Positions 1-8,095 of a stretch of 42,873 nucleotides of DNA are shown here, piece after piece. Source of the DNA: an uncultured Alphaproteobacteria bacterium (lineage in GTDB: Bacteria > Pseudomonadota > Alphaproteobacteria > CAAHEQ01 > UBA3637). How positions within the stretch are numbered: the first letter of the stretch is position 1; every line of letters starts with the position of its first letter. The translations under genes and the position numbers were made by a program. The notes beneath the pieces are model-generated. The model was given only the letters and a program-made list of their open reading frames with translations, was not told the origin of the DNA and ran no database searches. The stretch spans positions 1-42,873 of the forward strand of contig CANREI010000001.1 in NCBI GenBank assembly GCA_947629595.1. The letters are read 5' to 3'.

Positions 1-40
1 ATAAATTGAGATATTATTGATTGATTACCCATCCTCAAAA

Positions 41-196
41 AAACGTACGATTTTTGCAACACTTTTTTTTAAAATTTTGAAAAAATTTTTATTTTGGTTG
101 AAAACAATTGATTTTTCGACTGTTTTTGAGTGCTTGATTTTGGCATTTTGAAGGCAATTTTGACCCCCGAATCCGCGTTGCATTAAAGGTACGTTT
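41..196. promoter_or_regulatory. Candidate invertible DNA switch 1 (inverton) upstream of pilin-like lectin gene
   Basis: Arms AAACGTACGATTTTTGCAAC (41-60) and GTTGCATTAAAGGTACGTTT (177-196) are 16/20 reverse-complementary, with exact termini AAACGTAC and GCAAC. They bracket 116 bp of AT-rich DNA ending 37 nt before the ATG at 234. The same module recurs at 29106-29262 and 31446-31601. Confidence 0.6.
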
Positions 197-233
197 ATTT
201 TATGCTGTTTCTATCAGCAACGGGAGTAAAAAA

Positions 234-1574
234 ATGACGAAATATGCAAGAAAAAATCAATTCAAACACGCGGAAATGCAGGGAAATAAAGAACAAATCG
301 CACCAGGGGAAACGGGGAGTCAAAAAATGACAAGAAAATCAAAAAAACAAATTCAAAATCAAGCACAAGCGGGATATATGCAAAGCAATGAACCGCAAAT
401 TGCAGGCGGGGAAGCGGGAAAACAAAATAGAAGCAAAACATACACTCAAAGCGGTAAAATGATGATTAAAAATACACAAGATAAAAAGGAAATCTCAAAA
501 AATAAATCAATGCTTTCAGAGCAATATATCTACAAGAAAAATATCATTCGAACGCGCTCTCAAGACGGGCGCAGTATGGTTGAAATGCTCGGGGTGTTGG
601 CCATTATCGGTGTTTTAAGTATTGGCGGAATCGCAGGGTATCGGTGGGGCATGGATAAGCATGTATCGAATCAGATTCTTTACGAAATGAATCTGAACAG
701 CGCCCAGTTAGCTATGTTATTACAAAAGGGAAATTCCGACGGGGTAACACTTTCTTTGGGTTCGCCTTATGATGATGCCGAGCCGAGATATCGCACCGTT
801 GATTATGGCTTTGATTACGGGTGTGAAGAAGAAGTCGAAGGAGAATTACATAAATGTTATAACCCCGATGAAACGGGATATTTTATATCAGCCTTAAATT
901 TGCCGGAACGAATTGCCAATATGGTGATTGAATCGGCACCCAATTTGCAATATTATGTTGATTATGAAGAAACGGTGGCAGATGAAGTTGAAAACAAAAC
1001 AGATGTCACCATATTCTTTGATATAAATGCCGATGCAACCGAATCGCTTCCCGATTCGGAAGTAACACAACCTGAAACAACGAAGCAGGTGAAATGCACT
1101 GAACATACTGACTGTAAGCCGAATGAATATTGCGATAGGAGTGTGGACGATTGTCGTGATGGAAAGCCTGTTCTTGCTGCGAGCGGACATTATTGTAAGA
1201 GTATAGAAAACAGTGATTATACATCAGTAGAAGTCGCAAATAGCGAAGGTATTAAAACAAAATTTTACAGATCAACATCAGAGCTGGATTGGTGGGAAGC
1301 CGAAGCATTTTGTAGAGCGTTGGGAAATAAGCTGGGTGATACAAACATACATTTGGTGAATTTGCGTGAACTGGGGTGTCCGGAAAGCAAAAATTCTTCT
1401 TGCCCGGCAACTTCATACGGAGCGGCATTGGCGAACAAGCTTCAACTTTCCGATTACGGATGGACGAGCATAAATGATAGTGAAGATAAGTGTATTGCCT
1501 ATAACATGAGTCTGATAAGCGGTTACGTTCGCAACGACAAGCTCAACAACCTCAACTATGCCTTATGCAAATGA
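234..1574 (+). CDS. Modular type IV pilin-like protein (K/Q-rich leader, prepilin-type N-terminus, Cys-rich linker, C-type-lectin-like C-terminal domain)
   Basis: GGGAG RBS lies 7 nt before the ATG. G112|RSMVE-MLGVLAIIGVLSIGGIAGY fits a class III signal (Gly -1, Glu +5, about 20 hydrophobic residues). The C-terminal pattern WWEAEAFC...GC...C...CIAY...GYVR...YALC has CTLD-like Cys/Trp spacing. Paralog at 29399..31222. The true start may be an internal Met (M76/M77 or M93), since the leader would otherwise be 112 aa. Confidence 0.75.
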   Translation: MTKYARKNQFKHAEMQGNKEQIAPGETGSQKMTRKSKKQIQNQAQAGYMQSNEPQIAGGEAGKQNRSKTYTQSGKMMIKNTQDKKEISKNKSMLSEQYIYKKNIIRTRSQDGRSMVEMLGVLAIIGVLSIGGIAGYRWGMDKHVSNQILYEMNLNSAQLAMLLQKGNSDGVTLSLGSPYDDAEPRYRTVDYGFDYGCEEEVEGELHKCYNPDETGYFISALNLPERIANMVIESAPNLQYYVDYEETVADEVENKTDVTIFFDINADATESLPDSEVTQPETTKQVKCTEHTDCKPNEYCDRSVDDCRDGKPVLAASGHYCKSIENSDYTSVEVANSEGIKTKFYRSTSELDWWEAEAFCRALGNKLGDTNIHLVNLRELGCPESKNSSCPATSYGAALANKLQLSDYGWTSINDSEDKCIAYNMSLISGYVRNDKLNNLNYALCK

Positions 1575-1627
1575 AAATTTCTGCGCGGAATTTTCGGGTG
1601 ACAATTCTTCTTTAAAAAGAGTCGAAT

Positions 1628-2374
1628 TTATTCCGGCAATTGAAATTCGTAACCGGCTTGCTTTAAAGTATCAATCATGCGCGCCAAAAGCGCCCGTTCT
1701 TTTTCGTGAACCTGTCCGTCGGCCATAATAATATCCAAAATAGCCACCATTAACGGTTGAACGACCATAATTCCTTTCCGCATCACGCGTTGAAACGCCA
1801 TTGAAAAACTATCTTCATCCGGCGCCATGGAAATTAAATAATCATTCATTTGCAATTCGTCATAATTCAAATACGGCACGCGATTTTTAACATAAGCCAA
1901 CACTTTTTCCCGTTCCGTACTGCTGCGAATACCGTCAACGGCAACCAAAAACATTAAAACCGTTAATTCATCGCCGGTTTCTTTAATGGCTTTCGCAAAA
2001 TCGGACATATCTTCCGGCAACAAAGCATTATCGATTTCAACACCCAATACTTCCTGCAAAAAGCGATAAGGATTGCTGTATCCGTTTGTGGCGGCTTTAT
2101 CTTTAATAAACGATATTTGCGCCACCCGAATTAACCGCGGAGACTTCACATCCATTGCCAAGCCGTCCAGATAATATTCGTTTTGATGCTTAATAATGCG
2201 CCGAATTAAAAAATCGCGACTTTTAATGTTGCCGCTTAACGATTGATAATTAACCGTTACCAGAAAAGAAACACCGGCACGGCTTTCAGTGGAAGAAGAA
2301 AGCGTTTCTTCAACCAACGGCGGTAATATTGTTTGTTCCTGATTTTCTGTTATTGTTTGCGCATTGTTTTCCAT
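1628..2374 (-). CDS. Hypothetical protein, possible WYL-like N-terminal region plus TerB-like C-terminal repeats
   Basis: ATG at 2374 follows an AGGAG RBS at 6 nt spacing; the ORF-track start at 2407 lacks an RBS. It overlaps the end of the DUF4381 gene by 25 nt, suggesting operon coupling. LMFLVAVDG...EREK and ILDIIMADGQVHEKERALL resemble TerB/DjlA-type helical motifs. The domain call is weak. Confidence 0.6.
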   Translation of the reverse strand: MENNAQTITENQEQTILPPLVEETLSSSTESRAGVSFLVTVNYQSLSGNIKSRDFLIRRIIKHQNEYYLDGLAMDVKSPRLIRVAQISFIKDKAATNGYSNPYRFLQEVLGVEIDNALLPEDMSDFAKAIKETGDELTVLMFLVAVDGIRSSTEREKVLAYVKNRVPYLNYDELQMNDYLISMAPDEDSFSMAFQRVMRKGIMVVQPLMVAILDIIMADGQVHEKERALLARMIDTLKQAGYEFQLPE

Positions 2375-2847
2375 TGATGCTCCTTTTTTAAAACACAACA
2401 AATCCACTCTTTAACGGCAGTATATAATTTTTCCGTTTGAATTGCAACAGCTTTTTGTTTGGGTAAATAGGCGGCCGATGCAATGAATTTTGCCTGTTCG
2501 GCCGATAAAGCATTATTTCCGTGTTGCAGTAAAAAATCAGCCCATTCCGTATCGCTTAACGAAGCGACTTTTTCACGCGGAAAAGCGGCTAACGCAACGC
2601 GTTTTAACAAAACACCCAATTCCACGCCGAGGGTTGATAAATCGGCATTTTGTCGTTCAATTTTTTTTAAAATGCGCAACGCATATCTTTTGGGTGAGCG
2701 GTTGAGAAAATAAATTAACAACAAAAGACTCATCAAAACAAGGCAGATACCGCCCGTTACAATCCACCACCCGACAGCCGGCGGAAAAAAAGAGGGTTCC
2801 ACGGGCAAATGAACATCTTTTAACGGGGATAAATCAATATCAGTCAT
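2350..2847 (-). CDS. DUF4381-like membrane protein (MoxR/DUF58 operon member)
   Basis: ATG at 2847 overlaps the DUF58 stop (ATGACTGA). The N-terminal PVEPSFFPPAVGWWIV motif followed by one TM helix is typical of DUF4381. The ORF-track start at 2928 would overlap DUF58 by 89 nt. Confidence 0.65.
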   Translation of the reverse strand: MTDIDLSPLKDVHLPVEPSFFPPAVGWWIVTGGICLVLMSLLLLIYFLNRSPKRYALRILKKIERQNADLSTLGVELGVLLKRVALAAFPREKVASLSDTEWADFLLQHGNNALSAEQAKFIASAAYLPKQKAVAIQTEKLYTAVKEWICCVLKKEHQWKTMRKQ

Positions 2848-3760
2848 TGTTTTTTTCTCCGACACAATAAGCAAAAACTTTTGAGATGATATCTTCATCG
2901 GTGCGAACGGGCAAATAGCCGATATCATAATTTCGGGCTAAACTTTTCAACGCTTCTTCCCGTTTTAAAAACACATCGGCATAATCGGTTTGAAAGCGAT
3001 GACTTTTTGTATCAATCAAAGTGATTTCCCGTCCGTCGGAAATCGGGAAAATGCCGCTCGGCAGGTGTTTTTCCAATTCATCATAAATATGAATCAATCC
3101 GCAGGTGCTTTTTTGTGCCCATCGCCGTAAAATTGATTCGCAAGCCGGCGTCCAATCCGAAAAATCACTCAATATAAAAACCAGCGATCCGGCACGAACA
3201 AGCGGCGTTGATTTTTGCAAAGCCTGATGCAGTGACAGTTGATCCGATGCCGTTTCTAACGGATCGGAAGCCGTTTCCAGCGTATGCAATAACCCGTTCA
3301 AAACTTCATTCGCTCCGTAAGCTTTCGTTGTTTCAATCTGTTCTGCCGTTAGAACGGTAAATCCCAGCCGATCCGATTTGTTTTCCGCCAAATAAGATAA
3401 TAAAGCAGCCGTATAGGCCGCCACAACCGATTTAAACCGACCGCGGGAAGCAAACTTCATTCTTGAACGCATATCGCAAATTAAAAACACCTGCCGTTCT
3501 TTTTCATCGGTATATAATTTTGTGAACGGTTTACCGTATTTAGCCGTTACGCGCCAATCAATCTGCCGAATATCATCACCGGGTTGATAAGCGCGGACTT
3601 CTTGAAAATCAAGCCCTTTCGACTTAAACGGCGATTTTGTATATCCCCGGCCGGTATACGCCTGCCGATTCGTTTCTTTCAGCCTAAATCCCAGCGCTTG
3701 TTTTTTTAAGCGCAGCAGATGATCAAGTTTGGCATAAACAAAAGCGGAATCGGTGCGCAT
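2840..3760 (-). CDS. DUF58 domain protein (vWA-like, MoxR partner)
   Basis: Contains the signature DFQEVRAYQPGDDIRQIDWRVTAKYGKPFTKLY and sits immediately downstream of the MoxR ATPase gene. Confidence 0.85.
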   Translation of the reverse strand: MRTDSAFVYAKLDHLLRLKKQALGFRLKETNRQAYTGRGYTKSPFKSKGLDFQEVRAYQPGDDIRQIDWRVTAKYGKPFTKLYTDEKERQVFLICDMRSRMKFASRGRFKSVVAAYTAALLSYLAENKSDRLGFTVLTAEQIETTKAYGANEVLNGLLHTLETASDPLETASDQLSLHQALQKSTPLVRAGSLVFILSDFSDWTPACESILRRWAQKSTCGLIHIYDELEKHLPSGIFPISDGREITLIDTKSHRFQTDYADVFLKREEALKSLARNYDIGYLPVRTDEDIISKVFAYCVGEKNND

Positions 3761-3769
3761 TTTTCTCCT

Positions 3770-4729
3770 TTATAACATGGGAATTCGAGGTAATAACAGC
3801 TCTAAAATCTTATCGGAAGTCATGCCGGTGCTTCTGGCTTCGAACGTGGGTAAAATACGATGACGCAACACATCATGCACAATGGATTTCACATCATCGG
3901 GCATAACATAATCGCGATTATTCAACCAGGCAACGGCGCGCGAACAAATATCCAGTGCGATGGTGCCGCGCGGGGAAACGCCGAATTCAATATATTTTGC
4001 CAAATCTTCGCCGTAGGCCGCCGGATGACGTGTTGCCATAACCAATTGAATGATATATTCTTCAATTTCGGGCGACATATAAACGTTTGATACCTCCTGA
4101 CGGGCGGCAAAAATCATCCGTTCGGTAATTTTTTCAATTTCGGGTAATTGTTCTTTTCTCTCTTCTTTTCGAATAAGCTTTAAAATTTTGCGTTCCGACT
4201 CGATATCGGGATAACCGATTTTCACATAAAGCAAAAAGCGATCGAGCTGCGCTTCCGGCAACGTATAGGTTCCCTCGTTATCAATCGGGTTTTGTGTTGC
4301 CATCACCATAAACAAATCGGGCAGACGATAGGTTGTGGCGCCCACCGTCACCTGCCGTTCACCCATGGCTTCCAGCAAGGCGGATTGCACTTTTGCCGGC
4401 GCTCTGTTAATTTCATCGGCTAAAATAAGATTGCTGAAAATAGGCCCCTTTTGAAAATAAAACTGATTCGTTTCCGGCCGATAAACATCGCTTCCCGTAA
4501 TGTCCGACGGCAATAAATCAGGCGTAAACTGAATACGTTTTTCATTGGCGTCAATAGCGTGAGCCAATGTTTTAATAGCCTTTGTTTTAGCCAGCCCGGG
4601 GGCGCCTTCCACTAAAAAGTTACCGTTTGAAAGCAAAGAAATAAGCATTTTTCGAATAAAATCGGATTGTCCGACAATGCAAGAATTCATATAGTTTTCA
4701 AGCTGTTTAAAGTTTTCATACAAAGTCAT
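3770..4729 (-). CDS. MoxR-family AAA+ ATPase
   Basis: Walker A GAPGLAKT, Walker B LILADEINRAPAKVQSALLEAM, and ATQNP...EAQLDRF. ATG at 4729 has a GGAG RBS; the track start at 4750 is a TTG. Confidence 0.9.
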   Translation of the reverse strand: MTLYENFKQLENYMNSCIVGQSDFIRKMLISLLSNGNFLVEGAPGLAKTKAIKTLAHAIDANEKRIQFTPDLLPSDITGSDVYRPETNQFYFQKGPIFSNLILADEINRAPAKVQSALLEAMGERQVTVGATTYRLPDLFMVMATQNPIDNEGTYTLPEAQLDRFLLYVKIGYPDIESERKILKLIRKEERKEQLPEIEKITERMIFAARQEVSNVYMSPEIEEYIIQLVMATRHPAAYGEDLAKYIEFGVSPRGTIALDICSRAVAWLNNRDYVMPDDVKSIVHDVLRHRILPTFEARSTGMTSDKILELLLPRIPML

Positions 4730-4798
4730 TTTTTTTACTCCGTTTTTCAAGTTGCAATTTATGTAAAATAATATATACTGTTTTTACAAGGATTGCAA

Positions 4799-5560
4799 AT
4801 GACAAATTCAATTTTATCCCTTTATCGGATATTTTTTACGGATGACAATCATCAGCTTTGGGCCGTTATGCGTGACGGACGGCCGGTTTTAATGAAAAGC
4901 ATACCGCCGTTTGCAACCTTTTCATCGGATCATACGGTTATTACCGGCGTTGAGTTAGACGGCGAACAAACGCACTTTTTGTGGACGCTTGCCAATTTTC
5001 AACAACAAAAATCTATGCAAATAATGACGCAATCGGGCTATTGTTACTATCCGGCGCTTTGGAATACGTCGCACGCGCAAATTGCCTTTTTGCGGGCCGA
5101 CTTGTTAAATCCGAAAGGAACGGCTGATATTTTCATTTATAAAAAAGCGCGAACAAAATTTCATTTAAACGATTCGTTTCCGGGGGCGTTATTACCTGTA
5201 TTTTTTGCTAAAAGCGGAGCGTTATATTATATTGATACGCAAAATCATTTTGCCAAACGCCTGATGAAAGAAAGCAGCGTTATTTTTGAAAACGTGACTT
5301 ATTTTGCTTTATCGCCCAATGAAACGGAATATGCCGTTTATACGAATGATATGGTTCATTGGATTGATTTTAAAATCGGACAATTGCGTCAATTTATTGC
5401 TTTTGATGTGACGGCCATCGGATTTAACGAAACAGGCAACAGTTTGTTTTTTGCAACCTGTAAAAGCGGTCGAACAAGTTTATATCAATATGATAAATTT
5501 TCGCAGGAAATCACGTTGGTTTTAAATCATCCGACCAAAATAACCGCCATATCGTTTTAA
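4799..5560 (+). CDS. Hypothetical protein (possibly beta-propeller-like)
   Basis: Long ORF divergent from the MoxR gene. AAGGA lies 6 nt before the ATG at 4799 (TTG at 4793 is an alternative). No recognisable motif. Confidence 0.6.
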   Translation: MTNSILSLYRIFFTDDNHQLWAVMRDGRPVLMKSIPPFATFSSDHTVITGVELDGEQTHFLWTLANFQQQKSMQIMTQSGYCYYPALWNTSHAQIAFLRADLLNPKGTADIFIYKKARTKFHLNDSFPGALLPVFFAKSGALYYIDTQNHFAKRLMKESSVIFENVTYFALSPNETEYAVYTNDMVHWIDFKIGQLRQFIAFDVTAIGFNETGNSLFFATCKSGRTSLYQYDKFSQEITLVLNHPTKITAISF

Positions 5561-6209
5561 AACAAAGCTTTTTTTGTAAGAAATGGCAATCGATTATTTG
5601 TTTAAATTTCCGAAGAACAAAAAGCGTCATTTTTAATTAACATTTTTAGGGGACACATACGGCACAGATACTTGGAAGCGAGGAAATGACCGACACAATG
5701 TTCGGTAAGATTGACAAATCTTTGATCTGAGAGAAATATGCCTGATTTATGGCAGTCATCATGCTTTTCAGATATCCGGCAATCCCGAAGTCGCTCCAAA
5801 AAAAACACCAAGGAGGTGGTTTTTTAATGAGAAATCAGCCAAAATAAAATCAATTTATTTGTTTTAAAACGAAAAAAATAAGAAAATTTTAAAATATAAA
5901 AAAATAGTGTTACCGTTTAAAAGTTTCAGTATGGGAAACGCCTATCCTTTAAAAGATGGCGGTTATGCCTTGGCTGTCGGTAAAACTGATATATCGGATG
6001 ATTTATGTGCACAAGAATGGTCAGCTGACGGGCATTTATTATGGACATTGGAATTAAAAAGAAAAGGGCTTAATTTGGTTTGTTATTATCTTTATAAAGA
6101 AGAATTATAATTATTTTTTTCAAAACTGATTTTGTGAAAAAATTATTGCCTTTCGGGAAAAAATTTTTTATACTGAAACGTTAGTTTGATATAAAAAAAG
6201 GAATTTAAT

Positions 6210-6566
6210 ATGAAAAAATCGGTGTTGATTATGGGTTTGTTGCTGGGCGGGTGCTCATTGATGCATTTTTCCGAAGATGAAAAAGCAAAAAATCCGCAAT
6301 GCGCAAGCTTTGAAAAAGATATTAACGTTTTTGCGGTTTATGATCGGTTTTTGTTGGGAACGGTTTGTTCAAATCGATACAAAAATGTGTGTTTGGATCA
6401 GCAGGTAATTTATTTATCGCGGGAAAAAGGCGCTCTTTATTATGACGGTTTAACGCTTCCGGTTCCCGAGGGAAAGTGCATCGCTTATGTTGATTCTTAT
6501 TCTTTAAATAAAGATTTATCTGTGCCTTTAACCGTTCCTGTTGTGAAGTTTGTCGATAAAAAATAG
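6210..6566 (+). CDS. Small lipoprotein, unknown function
   Basis: N-terminus MKKSVLIMGLLLGGC has a lipobox (LLGGC). An AAGGA-like RBS lies upstream. Confidence 0.65.
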   Translation: MKKSVLIMGLLLGGCSLMHFSEDEKAKNPQCASFEKDINVFAVYDRFLLGTVCSNRYKNVCLDQQVIYLSREKGALYYDGLTLPVPEGKCIAYVDSYSLNKDLSVPLTVPVVKFVDKK

Positions 6567-6578
6567 CGTTCGTTTATT

Positions 6579-6764
6579 ATGAAGCGGGATAAAATGAAAA
6601 AAGTTTTTGTTTCCGGTTGTTTTGATTTGCTGCACAGCGGGCATGGCGGATATGCGCTTTATTTATTTGAAACCGCTGCCCACAGAGACAGAGCCGTTCA
6701 AAACGAGAAAGATTTTTTAAGCATTGAGCCTTATTGTCGGTTATTCAACAAAGTGGAAAAGTAA
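6579..6764 (+). pseudogene. Truncated cytidylyltransferase-like fragment (HxGH nucleotidyltransferase N-terminus only)
   Basis: KKVFVSGCFDLLHSGH is the (T/H)xGH motif region of TagD/RfaE-type cytidylyltransferases. Similarity is lost right after it and the ORF stops at 61 aa. Confidence 0.5.
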
Positions 6765-6838
6765 GCTCATTTAAAGCGAACATTTAGCGCTGCAAGCGTT
6801 TATCGGGCAGAAGAAAATGTCGGGCGGATAAATTTTTG

Positions 6839-6867
6839 TTGACAGCGTGCGGAATATATGATATGGT
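6839..6867 (+). promoter_or_regulatory. Sigma70-like promoter candidate for the ATP-grasp gene
   Basis: TTGACA (6839-6844), 17 nt spacer, TATGGT (6862-6867); about 65 nt upstream of the ATG at 6931. Confidence 0.45.
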
Positions 6868-6930
6868 CGCAAATGAAATATGGAAAAAGATAAAATATTT
6901 CTTTAAAAAAAATGAATAACGGATTTTAAA

Positions 6931-8040
6931 ATGACGATAAATAATCAAGAAACGGCAGGAAAAATTACACCCCCCCCCCGCACAGAGCCGGATTTTATAG
7001 AGAATACAAATAAAAGATTACAATTACTGGAAAGTAAACTGACAAGTATGGATACGCGTTTGAAAGATGCTTTGGCAATAGCCGGAGCCGCAACACGCAG
7101 ACATATTTTTCATTGGGGCAATGAAGAAAAATTTACCCGTAAAGAATATGAATGGTTTGTCACGCGACAATATTTTGACGGGCTTCATCGCTGGCCTGAT
7201 TTAAAACATCCCGAAAGACTGGGTGAAAAAATACTGTGGTTGAAATTGCACTATCAGCATCCGCTGATGAACATTGTGACGGATAAATATCGCGTGAAAC
7301 AATATGTAGCCGATCAAATCGGAGAAAAATATGTTATTCCGCTGCTTAATGTTTGGGATAATGTGTGGGATATTGATTTTAACACGCTGCCGAATCAGTT
7401 TGTGATTAAATGTAACAATTGGGCAGGCGGAAAATTCGGTAATTATGTTATTCGTGATAAAAGTCAAATGAAGCGTGATGCCGTGCTTTATAATTTAGAA
7501 AATTGGATTCAGGATTGGCAGGATTGTTTTTATCATGCCGTTATTGAAGCACGGCGTAAACCGGTTGTGTTTGCGGAAAAATATATGGTAGATTCGAAAA
7601 GTGAGCAGTTGCGCGATTTTAAGTTTATGTGTTTTCACGGTGAACCGCAATTTTTTTGGATTGATTCGGATCGAACCACCGAGCATAAGCGTAATTTATA
7701 TGATACGCAAGGAAATTTGCTTCCTGTTCGATTGACTTATTCGAATTTTACCGATGATGAAAAGGCTATGCCTCAAAAGTTAGATGAAATGTTGGCGTTG
7801 GCAAGAAAGCTTTCGAAGCCGTTTCCGCACATGAGAATTGACTTTTATGAGGTGGACGGAGAAATTTATTTCGGCGAATTTACACCGCATACGGATGCAG
7901 GATTAGTTAATTTTACACCGGACGAATGGGATTTTAAATTCGGTGAATTTTTGAATTTAAAACGGTGCGATAAAGAGTATTTGGTAGAATATCCGGCCGT
8001 AAAAGAATCGCTTCCTTACACGGGTGAAATTCCCGATTAA
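6931..8040 (+). CDS. TupA-like ATP-grasp family protein (surface glycopolymer modification)
   Basis: DKYRVKQYV...YVIPLL.VWD...IDF..LP.QFVIKCN, DFKFMCFHGEP.FFWIDSDR..EHKRNLYD and RIDFYEVDGEIYFGEFT match my recollection of the ATPgrasp_TupA family. Confidence 0.8.
   Translation: MTINNQETAGKITPPPRTEPDFIENTNKRLQLLESKLTSMDTRLKDALAIAGAATRRHIFHWGNEEKFTRKEYEWFVTRQYFDGLHRWPDLKHPERLGEKILWLKLHYQHPLMNIVTDKYRVKQYVADQIGEKYVIPLLNVWDNVWDIDFNTLPNQFVIKCNNWAGGKFGNYVIRDKSQMKRDAVLYNLENWIQDWQDCFYHAVIEARRKPVVFAEKYMVDSKSEQLRDFKFMCFHGEPQFFWIDSDRTTEHKRNLYDTQGNLLPVRLTYSNFTDDEKAMPQKLDEMLALARKLSKPFPHMRIDFYEVDGEIYFGEFTPHTDAGLVNFTPDEWDFKFGEFLNLKRCDKEYLVEYPAVKESLPYTGEIPD
6970..6979 (+). repeat. Homopolymeric C10 tract inside codons 14-17 of the ATP-grasp gene
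   Basis: Counted directly: aca ccc ccc ccc cgc. The tract is in frame as assembled. Confidence 0.9.
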
Positions 8041-8063
8041 AAAAAATACTTTGAAGCTCATTT

Positions 8064-8094
8064 AAAAAAAGGTGCCGAAAATTGGCACCTTTTT
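8064..8094. terminator. Bidirectional rho-independent terminator between the ATP-grasp gene and ftsH
   Basis: Stem GGTGCC (8071-8076) / GGCACC (8084-8089), flanked by an A-run upstream and a T-run downstream. Confidence 0.7.
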
Positions 8095-8095
8095 G

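Noticed and set aside
5602-6110. Small ORFs 5602..5811 (-) and 5907..6110 (+) in an AT-rich spacer; also a strong AAGGAGGTG at about 5811 followed by a 6-codon mini-ORF (MRNQPK)
   Set aside because: They have non-ATG starts or no RBS and no recognisable motifs. The mini-ORF is intriguing but unsupported, so these are left unannotated.
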